From positions 3,906,001 to 3,970,000 of the forward strand of contig JAYWIR010000002.1 of NCBI GenBank assembly GCA_036172245.1: a stretch of DNA of 64,000 nucleotides, given 5' to 3'. The notes beneath the pieces were generated by a model that was not told the origin of the DNA, ran no database searches, and saw only the letters and a list, made by a program, of their open reading frames with translations. The DNA is from Raillietiella orientalis. Taxonomy: Eukaryota. The stretch's first letter is position 1; each line of letters opens with the position of its first letter. Made by a program: the position numbers and the translations under genes. Of this stretch, positions 1 to 12,251 are shown piece after piece.

Positions 1-413
1 ATGGCAAAGAAATCACAAATGAAGAAAGGCATTCAGAAGATTTAAGTACAACAACGCTATGTAGATGTACGCAAAGCTACAAAAGTAAATGTATTTTGTG
101 TGCGTGTGTGTGTTTTTTTTTTTTTTTTTTTTTTTACAAATGTAGATGTTTTGTCGAGTCTTTTTTATCGAGTTACTTATGAAAAGATGCAAAGGGCTGT
201 TTTCCTAAATGCCATTGCGTTTTTTTTGTTGTTTTCTTCGTATTTCTGTAATTTTATTAAGGGTGTATTATGGATTGCTGTTTAAATCATCGTTTTGTAG
301 TTATTATGTATAGTTGATTTAAATTTCAATGCTTTTCAAGCATGGGCATCATATGGAATTAGTTAACATTTTTCACCTTTACTAATATCAAGAAAGATTT
401 TTTTCCTTTGTAG

Positions 414-3400
414 TTATTGAAGAGGCAAACTGGTTAACTTTGTGTGATGATATAGAAAAACCCGGTGATGGGTTTGATGCCGTGTTGTGTTTAGGAAATT
501 CATTTGCTCATTTGCCAGATGAAAATTTGGATAGTAAGAAACAAAGGTAAGCATCATGTGGTTATGTGCGAATTTGATTTTTTAAAGCATATTTTGAATT
601 TCAGACTTGCACTTCAGAATTTTAAGGACTTTGTTCGACCTGGAGGTATTTTTATGATCGATCATAGGAATTATGATGAAACATTATGTACAGGAGTTAC
701 TCCTCCTACAAGTCTATATTACAATGTAAGGCTTCACTTATTTAATTTCATTTTATTATCAGACGATACATTCTTCATAATTTAGATTTATCTTTCATAC
801 AATCAAAAGAAATAGCTCTTTCAGTCTTTCTTTGACTCTTAACATTTAATTTGCTCCCCAATTTCAACACTCACACTGAATTTGAAATACATGCTAAGAA
901 AGATGTTAAGCCTTTAGGTAATTTATATTCCTAAGAGGTTTCTGCTAATAGAAGACAAAAGAGTTTGCAAATTTCTCGGTGGAATTTGGAATTAGCATAA
1001 GATTTAAATATAATAAAATCTTCCTTTATATTGTCATTTCGATACGATTGTATATTCTTTACATATTGGAACAGATGGATTAATAAATAGTAGTTAAACA
1101 AAATGATTGTTGTACTTTGTGATGAAATACGAATCGGTGTTTCATTATTCCTGATTTTTTCCATTGTGCTTGCATAGATAAAACCCGGAAATGTAAATAA
1201 GATTCAGTTCCAAGATTTAATTTTCACTTGTGTGAATTTTAATGATACCTTTCAAAGAATAATGATTCAGGATTTAAAAGCGTACTGTTTGTGATTGAGA
1301 AGTCCAAGATTTCTGATAGGAAAAATGACACAAAGCGATAACTGTGTTCATTTTTTCAATAAACAGTGAAAATCATTTGCATATCCTTAGGGTGCTAAAG
1401 AGTTCTTGCTATTATTTTCGGTCAGGATACTTTTCTTTCTTTCTTTCTTTTTTTTGCAATTTTCCTTATTGACTGTGTGTTAATTAACTTCCGTTCAGTC
1501 CAGCAAATAAGTCCCTCTGATTTGGCTTCGGTCTTCGTCTCTTCATCCACTTGGTGACGATGAAAGTGTCCGTTTGCCCGTCGACTTTTGGCTCATTCGA
1601 ATCGAGTCCGAAAATGTCAACCGTTTGCGACGCGTGAAAGTATCTCGCTAATGAAATCTTGTAATTAAAAAAATAGGTTCCTATGTGCTCTTGTGGTGCC
1701 ACCTGAGGTAAGCTCACGGGTCATTCAGTATCTTGCGAAAGTACGAAACCACGCGTCGTGTTTTCTGAAACAGTAAGTTGCAGCGTGGATCTTTTTGCTT
1801 CCTTGGACGTACGGTGCTCCCTTTGCTGACAGGCGTTTCCCGGAACCCAGGTCGAGTTTTTCCTTCTTCGTACTTGGCATGCCTGCACGAGTTTTATTTT
1901 CGGTTTCGCGCTCTTGCCCCCCCCCCCCCCCCCCTCCCTCGGTGCATGTGGTCCTTGACGCTGCGCAAAAGAACGGGGAGTGCATTCGTTCTTTCGACGG
2001 AACCTCCATTTCCAACCTTCCATTCACTGACGCGAGTACGAGTGCTGCTGAATTACCTGAGGGCGTATAAAATATGATGGTTTTGAATCGTTTCCTGCCA
2101 GTCGGAAAAAATCTGCTTCTCCCACATGCATGGTTTTGCTGCATTTTTAACATGCCGCCCCTTTATGTTCTCGAGGTCTTCGAGCGTCTTGTAGTTTGTT
2201 GATTCCTCCGAGAATAGCGTAGATCGTTTTTGGATCGTAGCGAGACCACTGCTATTCTTTGTGTGTGTGTTAGAAATCACATCCGACATCGATTTGTAAT
2301 TAGAACCGAACCATTTCCCGAGTGCGTCTGTTGGTTTCGTGGGCAGTCAGCGATAAGTTGTTCGAGGCAGGGCTCTCTCTCAGCAGTGTTGTTTTCTTAA
2401 AGGTGCAGCTGAAAATCACGGATCGGTAAGAAACTGCTTCGTGCGCTGCCAGGGAACCGAGAGCGTGGGGGGCACGATTTTTTGTGGATGACCGTGAAAG
2501 TCTCGCCTCCCCTCTTTCATCTGAAACGACAAGGCATGGGATAGTGAATTCGTGCTCCACATTGCTGCCCTTGCTATTGGCATGCCCCGTCGACAGGTGT
2601 GTGCGTGTGCGTGTGTGGATTGCGGCAGCTCCACTTGGAAATTTCAGCTCCCCATTTGCAAGTTATCGATGATTTGGTTGTGGCATTGGTCGTTCTTGTG
2701 TCGAGCAAAATTCGTTTTTGCGTGCGAGCACGAGTAACAGCCCCGCTTCGTCTGGTGCGTGGCATTCACCTGCATCCGCAGAGGGCGGAATCCGTAAAGT
2801 GCGAAACTCGATGACCGGAGCGCCGATCTTCGGACTTTTGGACTTGGAAGTTTGTGTGGTCATGAGGAACGTGGGATCGAGAACGATGGAGCGCCCTGAT
2901 CTCGTGGGTTAACCAGTGGTTCGACAGGGCTTCATCTAATGGAGCCCATAACGTGATCGCGGGACACTGGGGAGTAGTGCTACGGAACGTCCGAGCGATG
3001 AAACCGCAGAGACCAACTTGCGTTCCTTGCGTCCCTGAAAGTGTATGGAGAGCGTGAAATTTGCCTTCGAGCCTCTCCAGAAACGCGCACGAAGGACGGA
3101 GACTCCCACGGAAGACATGGAGTAGTCGTAGCATTCGTGCGGGAAGCTCTCGATTCCGAATCGTTTTCCTGACTCATATACTAAATGTTGTGTCATTGCG
3201 AAATCCTTTTGTGTTCTAGTAATGATAAAAATAAAAAGTAAAATAAATTGAAAAAAATAAAAATAAAAAACGGGGAGGGGGGGCGTCTCTTCTGTGTGTT
3301 GCACGCATATGCTTCAAAAGTCATTCAAAGGGTGTCTGCGTCGTGCCGCGCCCTTTCCTCCAAATGAAACTGTTCAACCGAGGTAAGACCACTATTTTTA

Positions 3401-3421
3401 GAAAATTGCGGCAAAGACATT

Positions 3422-3455
<34 letters not shown>

Positions 3456-4936
3456 AGGATAGCCACTGCCTTTCGTTCTTGATAGGTGAGTACCGAGGAA
3501 TGGGGACTGGAGGTAAAAGGATTACTGTATAGTTGCTTTCCGCAAAGTGGTACATTCGCTCGTGTGAAAGAGAGTAACTTGTAGACACCGAACAGGTCAG
3601 GATCGTGTGCTGACGATGAACTCTAGATGTTACCACTGCGAACGTAGGCGGTATTGAACCGTGCTTGAGCTGCTGCTGACTGCCCGGGTTCAACCGATGT
3701 CTCGGCAGTCACTGCACTTTGGACCATTTGAGTCGGCCGCCTTCAGTGGGAGACGGACCAAAGGAGGACCTTCAGGAGTCTGCGCACTTGAACGGATTTC
3801 CGCGATGGCCACTTCGCTCGCATTCATTCGTGGAGAGAAAACTCTTGCGTTTGCTCCCACTGATTCTGAGCATGTCGAGTGCTGTCTCCGTGAACTCGGT
3901 AAACGAATGGCGGCAGAGAGTGCGAGGGAGCAAGTTGAGTGCCGGACGAAACTGCTTTCAGTGCGTTCCTGTGGAGATCACTGAACCGGCTCCGGAGATC
4001 AGGAGCTAAAATCTTTCTCCCGATCCCTTTGGAAGTTTGTGCATCGTCAGGCAAGCATCATGACTTCGAATTTTCGGGAAGCAAGGATCCCGGAGGATCC
4101 AGCTGTAGGAGAGGGACGTTGAGTTGGTGTGTGTGGCAAGGCTCCTTTTCTGTTGTCTGGGAAACAAAGGCTTGCACCATTCCTTCAGTTGGATGGCTTT
4201 AAATTGAAAGCAAGAGTTGGAGCAAGAGTCGGCTGACTCACCGTTTGTCTGCTTTCGTGCTGAGCCCAAACGATAGCCTTCCTTGTATGGGTGTGCCCCC
4301 CTCCTCCCCCCCACCCCCACCCCTCAGACTGTGCCGATAGTTGCGGCGCGGGTAGTTCCAACGGGATGTTTTGCCAGGACCGCAACTCGCGTTCGAGTAT
4401 GGCCAGCCGAAAGGGGGTGAAGCTCTTTTGAGGGCCTCGAACAACCGAGCCTACCTACTGATGGCACTTTGCGCGGCGATCGTTAGAAATGCAATTGCAG
4501 TTCCGATCCGTGGTTCTCCCTGCCTCCTCAAAAGTCTATTTCCGAATGTTGTTTCGAAGAGCAAGCACATCAAAGACATCAAGACAACCGTTATACTCAT
4601 AAACGGGCAACCCAATCTCATCGTCCTGGACTATAACATGGATATCTCCTTCCTCGGTAACAAAGATCCCAAGAGCCCAGCATGCCTGCCGAAGAACTGG
4701 CTCACAGCTTTCGATTCCAGGTAGTCTTTGCGCTCTCGATGTCTCGAGTGTTCCACTACTCGGCATGCAGTCATTTCAGGTTGTCATACTACCCTCATCG
4801 CTTGGAAGGCTTTCGTAAGCTGCTTCAGCAGACGTTTGGACCCGAAGCTAAGTATTCCGTGTTCGGCGACTTCAAGCCTTACGATGAAAGAAGCAGTCCT
4901 GGCTTCTACATCCACATTGTCCAAAAGGCGAAATAA
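414..4936 (+). CDS. GNMT: Glycine N-methyltransferase, 3' part (5' exons outside window). Exons 414-546, 605-725, 4560-4720, 4771-4936
   Basis: The spliced translation is (V)IEEANWLTLCDDIEKPGDGFDAVLCLGNSFAHLPD...RLALQNFKDFVRPGGIFMIDHRNYD...SLYYN|SKHIKDIKTTVILINGQPNLIVLDY...SHFRLSYYPHRLEGF...FGDFKPY...FYIHIVQKAK*. It carries GNMT signature motifs (EEANWL, CLGNSFAHLPD, IDHRNYD, FRLSYYPH). GT-AG introns at 547-604 (58 nt), 726-4559 (3834 nt) and 4721-4770 (50 nt) all preserve frame. Confidence 0.95.
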
Positions 4937-4937
4937 A
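4932..4937 (+). promoter_or_regulatory. AATAAA polyadenylation signal overlapping the GNMT stop codon
   Basis: In gcg aaa TAA a, the stop codon (4934-4936) lies inside AATAAA. Confidence 0.4.
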
Positions 4938-5199
4938 GTTTGCGTTCCAGTTTCTCCTCCGGGCTGCTGGACCTTTCAGATGAGTGCGACGCACCCTACC
5001 CTTGCAGCATGCGAGCATCCGGCAACCACGTGAAGTTCTTTCCATGCCCAGGAGTCCTCCCGGACCCGAACGTTGGGGGCATTGCAACTGGAAGAGCTGC
5101 AGGGTCGCGACATTTGCGCTCCTCGCCCCGAGTTGTCGGACTTGCGTTCTCTTTTGCTTTGTAACGAACGGATGCTCTCTTCGCCCGATGCACTCCCGG

Positions 5200-5860
5200 T
5201 TCGTCCTTGTCTCGGCTGACGACGAAGCGAGAGGACGCTGGCGTTTCTCCTGCTTAATCTTTTTTTCGCATCCAGTCTCTCCGGCACACGAGGAAACCCA
5301 TCATGAATATCACCTTTTTCATGAGTCGGAAGTCTGGTCGCAGGTTTTTTGCTCACGGCCTCCGCTACTTGGCACGCGTCCCGCGCAGACCAGTTGGATA
5401 GGGGGGGGAGGGGGGGCTCTCACCTCATTTTGCTGTTCGAAGGAATTCTGTCCTTCCGGATGGCTCTGCAATCAGCCTGTGGTGTTCAGGTCGAGAAGTG
5501 TCGCTGCGTTCCCTCATTGCGCGTTTTGCAGGCTCATGTTAACCGGTAGACCACTACTTTCCAGCCGGCGTCCCGACTGCAGCACTACTGACATTTCTGC
5601 AACGTCAGTCCAACAGTCTTCTAACACTGCTGGAGACGTAGGCGTGGCGGATGCTGGGTGTTCCGGTCCCAAAGGTTTTCCGCCTGCACCCTGGGACTTT
5701 CGCCACTTCCGTCGAATGACGACTATGTGCCACTCCTGCCAAGAAGAGCCATTGCTGGGTAGCAAGGGGCCTGTTTTGACCAGTCGGAAAGTTGCGTCCT
5801 CTGTTGTCTTAGGAGGATGGGCGCGTGCTTCACTTGTTCTGCAATCGTCGGACAAAATGC
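5200..5860 (-). mobile_element. Possible very degenerate LINE reverse transcriptase fragment
   Basis: Minus-strand peptides GSSWQEWHIVVIRRK (like P..W....V..I.K), LQSGRR (like Q.GFR) and PRQG occur in RT order. The similarity is weak. Confidence 0.25.
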
Positions 5861-6699
5861 GCTTCCTGTGCGTTTTTTTCCTTTAGTACAGATCATTTGA
5901 TAATGTGCCGCCAGCTGATGATCATGTCGTGATTCATCGACGAGTCTCTTCTTTCACTCCATTTCGATACGCAGGTTTCGTGTCCAAGTGCCCTCCTTGA
6001 GCTGATCCACACGTGAGGTGCTCCCGTTCGAGGACCCAGTCTCCCTTCAGGAGGCGAAACAGTTTTGCCACGCAGGTTCCCATGTGGTGCAGGACTTTGC
6101 AAGACGCATGTGCCTTTTTGCTTTCTGCTTTCTTAGCTTTTAGATGCTTATATATATATATATATATATAACGCATTTGCGCGGAGGAGGGTTCCCACAC
6201 ACCGCCCGTACAGCTGCGCCGAGGAAACCGCGAACGTGCCCGCCGACCGTGCTCCTCACACCGGAGGGAAGGCGCCAGAGAGGCTCCAGGAGCGTATCCG
6301 GAGTAGTGAGGAGGGGTGGACCTCCGGATCCACCACCACCATCGCCTCCTCGTCGCCTCCTGGCGAGTGCCATCAACGGCAACCCCTCCTCCCGTCTTCT
6401 CCGACGCTGCTCCGAGAACGGCTCGGTCTTCGAAAAGAAGGGGAGGAAGCGGCAAAAAACAAAAGAAAAGAAAAAGAAAAAAGAGAGAGAGTAAAGAATT
6501 TCATGCGCTGTCCACCCTGGGGTCTCCTCCGCGCCGCCGCGCGGGCCCCCACGTCTTGCAGGAAGAAGAGGCAGGGCAGCGAGTTCGGGCACCCAGATCC
6601 GCGAATCCAGAAATGCACCGGGTCACTCTCTTCAGACCAGGACGCAGGTCGATTTCTACTCCCAAGGCGGTCCAGTCAAATGGGGAAGGATCGAGCGTG

Positions 6700-8850
6700 G
6701 ATGAAGGCCAGGATGGAGTGGCGGCTTAGTCAGCGGGAGACAAAAAAAAAAATCCCTTTCCCTTCAGTCGGGAACGGGGAGCTCAGCCATCCGGAGAGTC
6801 GCATCACCTGGCCGCCGAAGTGGCCAGTCCAGGCTGGAGACTATCGCTTGTGGAGAGCGCGTGGGCGCCTCCACCCTGAGATCGCTCTGCGCCGCAACCA
6901 AGGACCGATCGATCGGCAGTCTCCGGTGTGTGGGATCTCTCCCTCTCCAGCTGCCCGCTTTACGAGAAAGGGGTCGGGGTGGGGGTCGGGACGCGCTCCA
7001 TCCTCCAGGGAGGGTTCCTGACAAGTCATGGGTCGGTAGCGTGGCCCCTCGCCAAAGGGGGACGACAGCCCTTGCGGAACGGACGATCACTGTAACTCTA
7101 GGCTGAGTTCGGCGGTTCCACTGCGCCCGATCAGGGAAAGGGCGGCCCGGGTGGGGCAGTGCACCGCACTTCGAGCCGCTCCTTGCACTCAAGAAAACAT
7201 GGCGGAGCTCCTCCGGCCGTCGCTTCGATTGCACACATCACCCCACAAGAGAGCGCAGGTCCGGAAGACTCCTGGCTCGGGACGAGACGCAGGAGCATCC
7301 GCTCAAGCCATCGCGTGCGGGATGCTGGCCTCGTTCGTCCGCACGAGCGTGCAGGGGAGCCTAGTCCCGGGGAGGAAGTAGGAGCGCCGGGAGGAACCAG
7401 CCAATCACCGGTAGCCTATCCGAAACTCCGGTCGGGAGTCCGGCGGATCAAAGCAGCGCCGTCTTCTATGCCCCCACCCTTTCCCCTCCCCGGGTGGATC
7501 GGCTACGTCTTTGCGAAGAAGAGGGTGGGCGGAGGCCTCTTTCCATCCAGAGTGGCGCACGAATTCCTTCGGGGACCCGAGATGCCACCCGGCACTCTGG
7601 AAAGCGCGCGATGGCGCATCCGAACGCACGGCTGCGGCGTTCGGATACTCCATCTCTCGCTTTCCGCGCGTGCCCATCGGACAGATGAGGCACGGCTGCT
7701 CTTCTGGGGAGTCGGGTATGGTTTGGAGCGGTCCTTCCCGTACTATCTCCGGGAGCCCAGTCGTCACAGGACGCTGACCCCCTGATGGAACGGGTAGCGA
7801 AGATGGTGGGAGAGGAACCCGCAGAGGTTTCAGGCGAACCGGAGTTCCCGCAGGATGCCGAGCCCGTTGCGGTCGGTGATTGCGAAACAATTGCTTCCTG
7901 CTCTCACCGGAAGCGAGACCACCCCTTTGGATGGAGCGGCGCAGCAGGAAACTCAGACGAAAAATCTGCTCCTCGAAAGTTTGGAGGGGAGAGGAGGAGA
8001 CGAAGGCAGAGGAAGAAAGCCGCCGCCGCTGCTTGCGGTAGCCGAGACATCCTGAGCCGTTCCGCATCCTCGAGGATTGTCCATGCCTGCGTCGCTTCTC
8101 CGCGCGCTCCAAGGTCATGCCCGACAGCGGGATGGAGTTTCTACTTCTCGCTTTCCCTTCGTTACTCCTGCGAACTCCCCCTTGCTCCTGAGCCTCGTCC
8201 ATTCTGTCGATCACCCACGGTTTTTTTCCTCTTCGCGGGTGATCAGCTGGTTGCCTCTGCGATGACCGGGGGCAGAACCGTCCGACGGAGACTCCGGAGA
8301 CCCACGGCCCCTTCTCGCGTCTCCCGACGAGGAAAGATGACACTTTCCTCCCGGTTTCTGTTACCCGTAGGAGAGAGCGGGAACCGATGCTGGTCCAACC
8401 TTCGGGGAACTTTTCCAGGTGGACTTTCGATGGAGGGACTGCGCCGCGTCGCCGGCAGAGGGATGCCGAGAGATCGGCAGAGAAAGCGGAGGTCCCCTCC
8501 CCTCCAAGAGATGCTTCCCTTCTTCGCCGCGAGAGCTTCGCGTGCACGTCAGGGAGGTCAGCCCAGGGCGCATCGGCGGGATCTGATGGAAGCTCCTTGG
8601 CTTGCCATCCTGATCACGTTGACCGAGCGCCAAGCATCGCCAGCCTCGGGAGCGCAGAGACTCCTGCGAATGTCCGGGTCCCCTGATTCGGTCGCTCCAC
8701 ACGAGGCGTTGTCCACGAGGGGCACCTCGTCATCGAAGCCAGCAGAGGCCCTCCGCGGAAGGCCTTTTCCTCGTTCCCCTCTTCCACGTGCCACCTCCAG
8801 GCGGCATTCCACGGCACCCTGCTCGTGTGAGATGGCGAAAGGCTGGTGAC
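6700..8850 (+). mobile_element. Degenerate LINE fossil (APE endonuclease, possibly RT N-terminus)
   Basis: Frameshifted plus-strand traces: ELSHPESRITW...GDYRLWRARG...IALRR (endonuclease N-terminal like), GWIGYVFAKK near 7495 (like RIDYVF), then MTGGRT, WRDCAA and LTERQAS (RT domain 0-2 like). Judged by eye. Confidence 0.35.
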
Positions 8851-9479
8851 GGTGAGGTTCCTGCTGGAACCGTGGTGGCGGCGGGTCTCTGTGATAAAGG
8901 TCGGAGGTGGGCAAGGCAAGCGTGAGGAAGCGGGTTCGCCGCCTTCCGGGAGAAAATTCGGTGCGAGGAGGGCAGCGCATTCCTTCGCCTCCGGGTGAAA
9001 AAATTGGTTCACGTCCTTGCCCTAGAGAGGGTTCCGGGAACAGAAGGCGCGCCGATAAGCTGGCTGGCTCTCGAGCTCGCGGTCATCATGAAAAGTGGGT
9101 AGCCACCCCGCCCACTTATCGCACGAAGGGGCTCTCTTTCGTAGGAAGGCTCCGACAGTGGCTCCCCCTTCGTGCGCAGATCTGGATGAAAGGGAGGACC
9201 CCCGGGGAGTCATTATCCCTCCCCCCTTCCCCCCCCCCCAACCGCCACTGCCGTCCATTTTCCTGAGAGCGCGCTTCCTGTCCCCGCCTTCTTTCGTGAA
9301 TCCTCCGTGAGCGCGCCAGCGCGGCTGATCGCTTGCGTGCCTCTTCGGTGCCTCTTACCTGCCGCGTTCGTGACGCCGTCGCCAGCCTCCCTGATGCACG
9401 GAGCCTGCGCTCTCCTCATTGCAGCGACTCTTCAGGTGGGCAAGAGGGGTGAGTCCTCTCCTGCACCAGCCAGGCTCTC

Positions 9480-9990
9480 CAGACCACGGCTCGGGACTGA
9501 TCTCCAACGCGTCTCCTGCTTCGCCGCTGCCGCTCTATGATGGCACCCGAGATTTCGTATCCCCTCTCGGACGCTGTCCCGGACGGTTCTGAGCGGGCAT
9601 GGCGGCGGCACAGATGTCCTCAGCTGCATTTCCAGATCGAGAGCTTGCCAGCGGCCCGGCATGCGTCCTTTGCTGTTGAAGTGCGCGAGCCACGCCGGCC
9701 ATGAGGAGCAAGCAGAAGAGACATGTGACCCCTGCATTGCTGTGTTCCAGCGGCCTGCTATTGGGAGCCTCCATCGGGACCGGAAGTACCACCAGTCGGT
9801 GGGCGTCTTAAGAAACACCTCCGTCTCTCTCCGGTGATGCCCTCGAGGGGAGCTGCTGAGGCTTGCCAAAAGGGAAAAAATGATGAGAATGAGGCAAGCG
9901 TGAGACGGGGGTAAGACGGGAGTTCGAATGATTTGGACGCAAGGAAGTAAGGAAGAGTAGGGGTTGCAGTGGGATCCCGACGGGAACACG
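9480..9990 (-). mobile_element. Possible LINE RT fragment
   Basis: ORF 9432-9989 contains MQGSHVSS (like QGS.LSP) and IRNLGC (like V.NLG/KYLG). Their spacing is shorter than canonical. Confidence 0.25.
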
Positions 9991-12251
9991 GATAATCCGG
10001 CCCCTAGGGCAAACCATGGTCTGCTGTTCGTGCTACTTCAAGCGCCGCTTCTGCAGCCTTGCTCTTTTAATCCTTTGTTGCTTTCGTGGGCCAACTCGAT
10101 CCGTTTCCGGTCTTGGTCTTTCCTCCGCACCGGGGGCACACATTCCACCCGGTCCGGTTCAACGGGAGCCATTGCAGAACTCAAATCATGCCGCAACCCA
10201 TGAAGGCTTCTAGAAGGTGGGAGGAGATGGCTCTGCTCAGATGTTCACCAAGAGAGCGGTGAGCGTGCTCACTGTTTCGTGCACTGCATCCAGAGCTCGA
10301 GAGCGCAAGAAGAATCTCCTCCCGTTTCAACCGGGAGCGTGAGCGATGGGGTCGCGAGCTGTGAGTGAAACTAGGCAGGATGGGGGGGAGGGGGGAGGAC
10401 GTTACATTTTCGGGACGTTCCGCTCTTTCTGAAGTCGACGGGTGCGGTTCAGCAAGCGATCCGGAGCTGCAGTCAAGATGGGGAAACTCCCTGAGAATGT
10501 GCGTGTTTCTCGCGTACTAGGCCTGGGAAGTGGGGAAAGTGCCAGCCGAGGGAATCCTCGCGCCTCCGTTCCATTCTGCTGCGCGCTTCCTCCATTCCCC
10601 TCATTTGCGGCTTTGGTCGTATGTCGTCCGATGGTTTCATCTCTCTCCGTCCCCCTTCCTCTGCAAACGCGGTGCCTTCTCTCAAAGGCGGATTCTGTGA
10701 AATGCCTCTCAGAGAGCGCGTGCATGGAGCCGCCCTCAGGCGGAATCGTAAGCGGTTGTTCCTCTAAAAGTGTGCGCACCATTGGGAATGTTCCTCGTCG
10801 TCAGGAGCCTTCGCTTTCTTCTTCACGATTCGTTGTCTACTAGAGAGGAAGGAATGCCGTTTGGGAACCATTCCGGAATTCTATTACGGTCGCCGGCGTT
10901 CACCTGAAGAGAAAAGCAGTACCGTGCTCCAAGGGGGCGAGTCTGCGAAGCGCATCGATCACCGATTGGCACTCTCTGCAGCACGCATGGAAAAGTCAGA
11001 GCAGAGTGAGGATCAGTTTGGGAGAATGGGAGGGCACGGGGTCGGACTCTGCTTTTAGCCTCAGGTGCCAGCCAGCTTCCCGATCAAGTTCTGGGACTTT
11101 GTGGACGCCTATTGAGAGAATCTGCCTCGGAAACGAGGAACACACGTGCTGATCCTCAACGCCGCTGCTGAGACGAGGACTGGGCAGTCGTATGACGATT
11201 GTTCGACCACCACTGCTTCGCAAACAGTCGCCATCCGCCACCTCCAAAGACCCGCGCGAACCGGAACCGGCAGTCTCCCTAGAGGGTACTGGGGCTCCGC
11301 ACGAACGTGGTCTGCAACTGCTGCTCTCCAGAAAGATCGCGTCGAATGCTCGAATCAAACTGCAAGCTCGACTCGGGGCGGTCTTCTCACGCCTAGTGGT
11401 CCGCGAAAAGCAGGCACTGGGGATCACTTCCTGAGATCAGTGACTTTACCACTTTGCACTCGCTGCTCTTCAGATCTCGGTTTGCTTTATACATGAGCCT
11501 GAAAGAATGCCTGGAGCACCCACTAGCGCAGAATTCAGCAGCGTGCGAACGAGTCAGCGTTCCTAGGATCGCTTTTTTCTTTTTCTTTTTTTGCTCCGGT
11601 AATCTGTGCTCTCTCAAGCTGGGACGGTCCGATCCATTCCTTTCTCGAAAGATTTTTGCTATCACACAGTCTCGTTGACCTAAAACGCCAGACTTGAATT
11701 TCGAACCTCCCTCTTTTAGCAACCAACGGTGACCTTCTGAATTCAGCGGCAAGCATCTGCTTTTTTTTTTTTCATTGGAGGCGGGAACACACCCAATTTC
11801 GTCCATGGATGCCCCTGTCGTTAAAGATCGCTCCCTCTTTGGTTAAATAGGGTCAACCTCACCCACGATGAGTTCCTTGAAAAACTCATTTTTCTCGTTT
11901 TATTACTGCCACTGTTTCAATTTTCAGTCGACAAAAATGCTATTTCTGGTGTCCTCACCAGGAAACAGGGGTACCTCTTACCGATGCCGCGAAGAAACCA
12001 ATTTCTGTTGCTCATACACTTATCATTTGACTACTACGTTCACCTTTCTAATCATTTGATGCTAGACGAAACGCCGGAAGGTGCACACATCAATTTCAGT
12101 GTTCAGCGGAGCGAGAGACCGACATCGCTACAGTCTGCCATCAGAAAGGAAGAAACGGAAACAGCAGACATGGAGACGAATCAATACAGTGAAAGTTAAC
12201 GTTGTCCCGTTGACCATCAGCGTGAGTTGCCTTGGAAACTCTGCAGATTTC

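Noticed and set aside
1-95. ATG-initiated, purine-rich stretch at the window start
   Set aside because: It does not match the expected preceding GNMT exon and stops quickly; probably intronic.
4421-4438. GCTCTTTTGAGGGC resembling a histone 3' stem-loop
   Set aside because: The stem is incomplete, flanking consensus is absent, there is no histone ORF, and it is intronic in GNMT.
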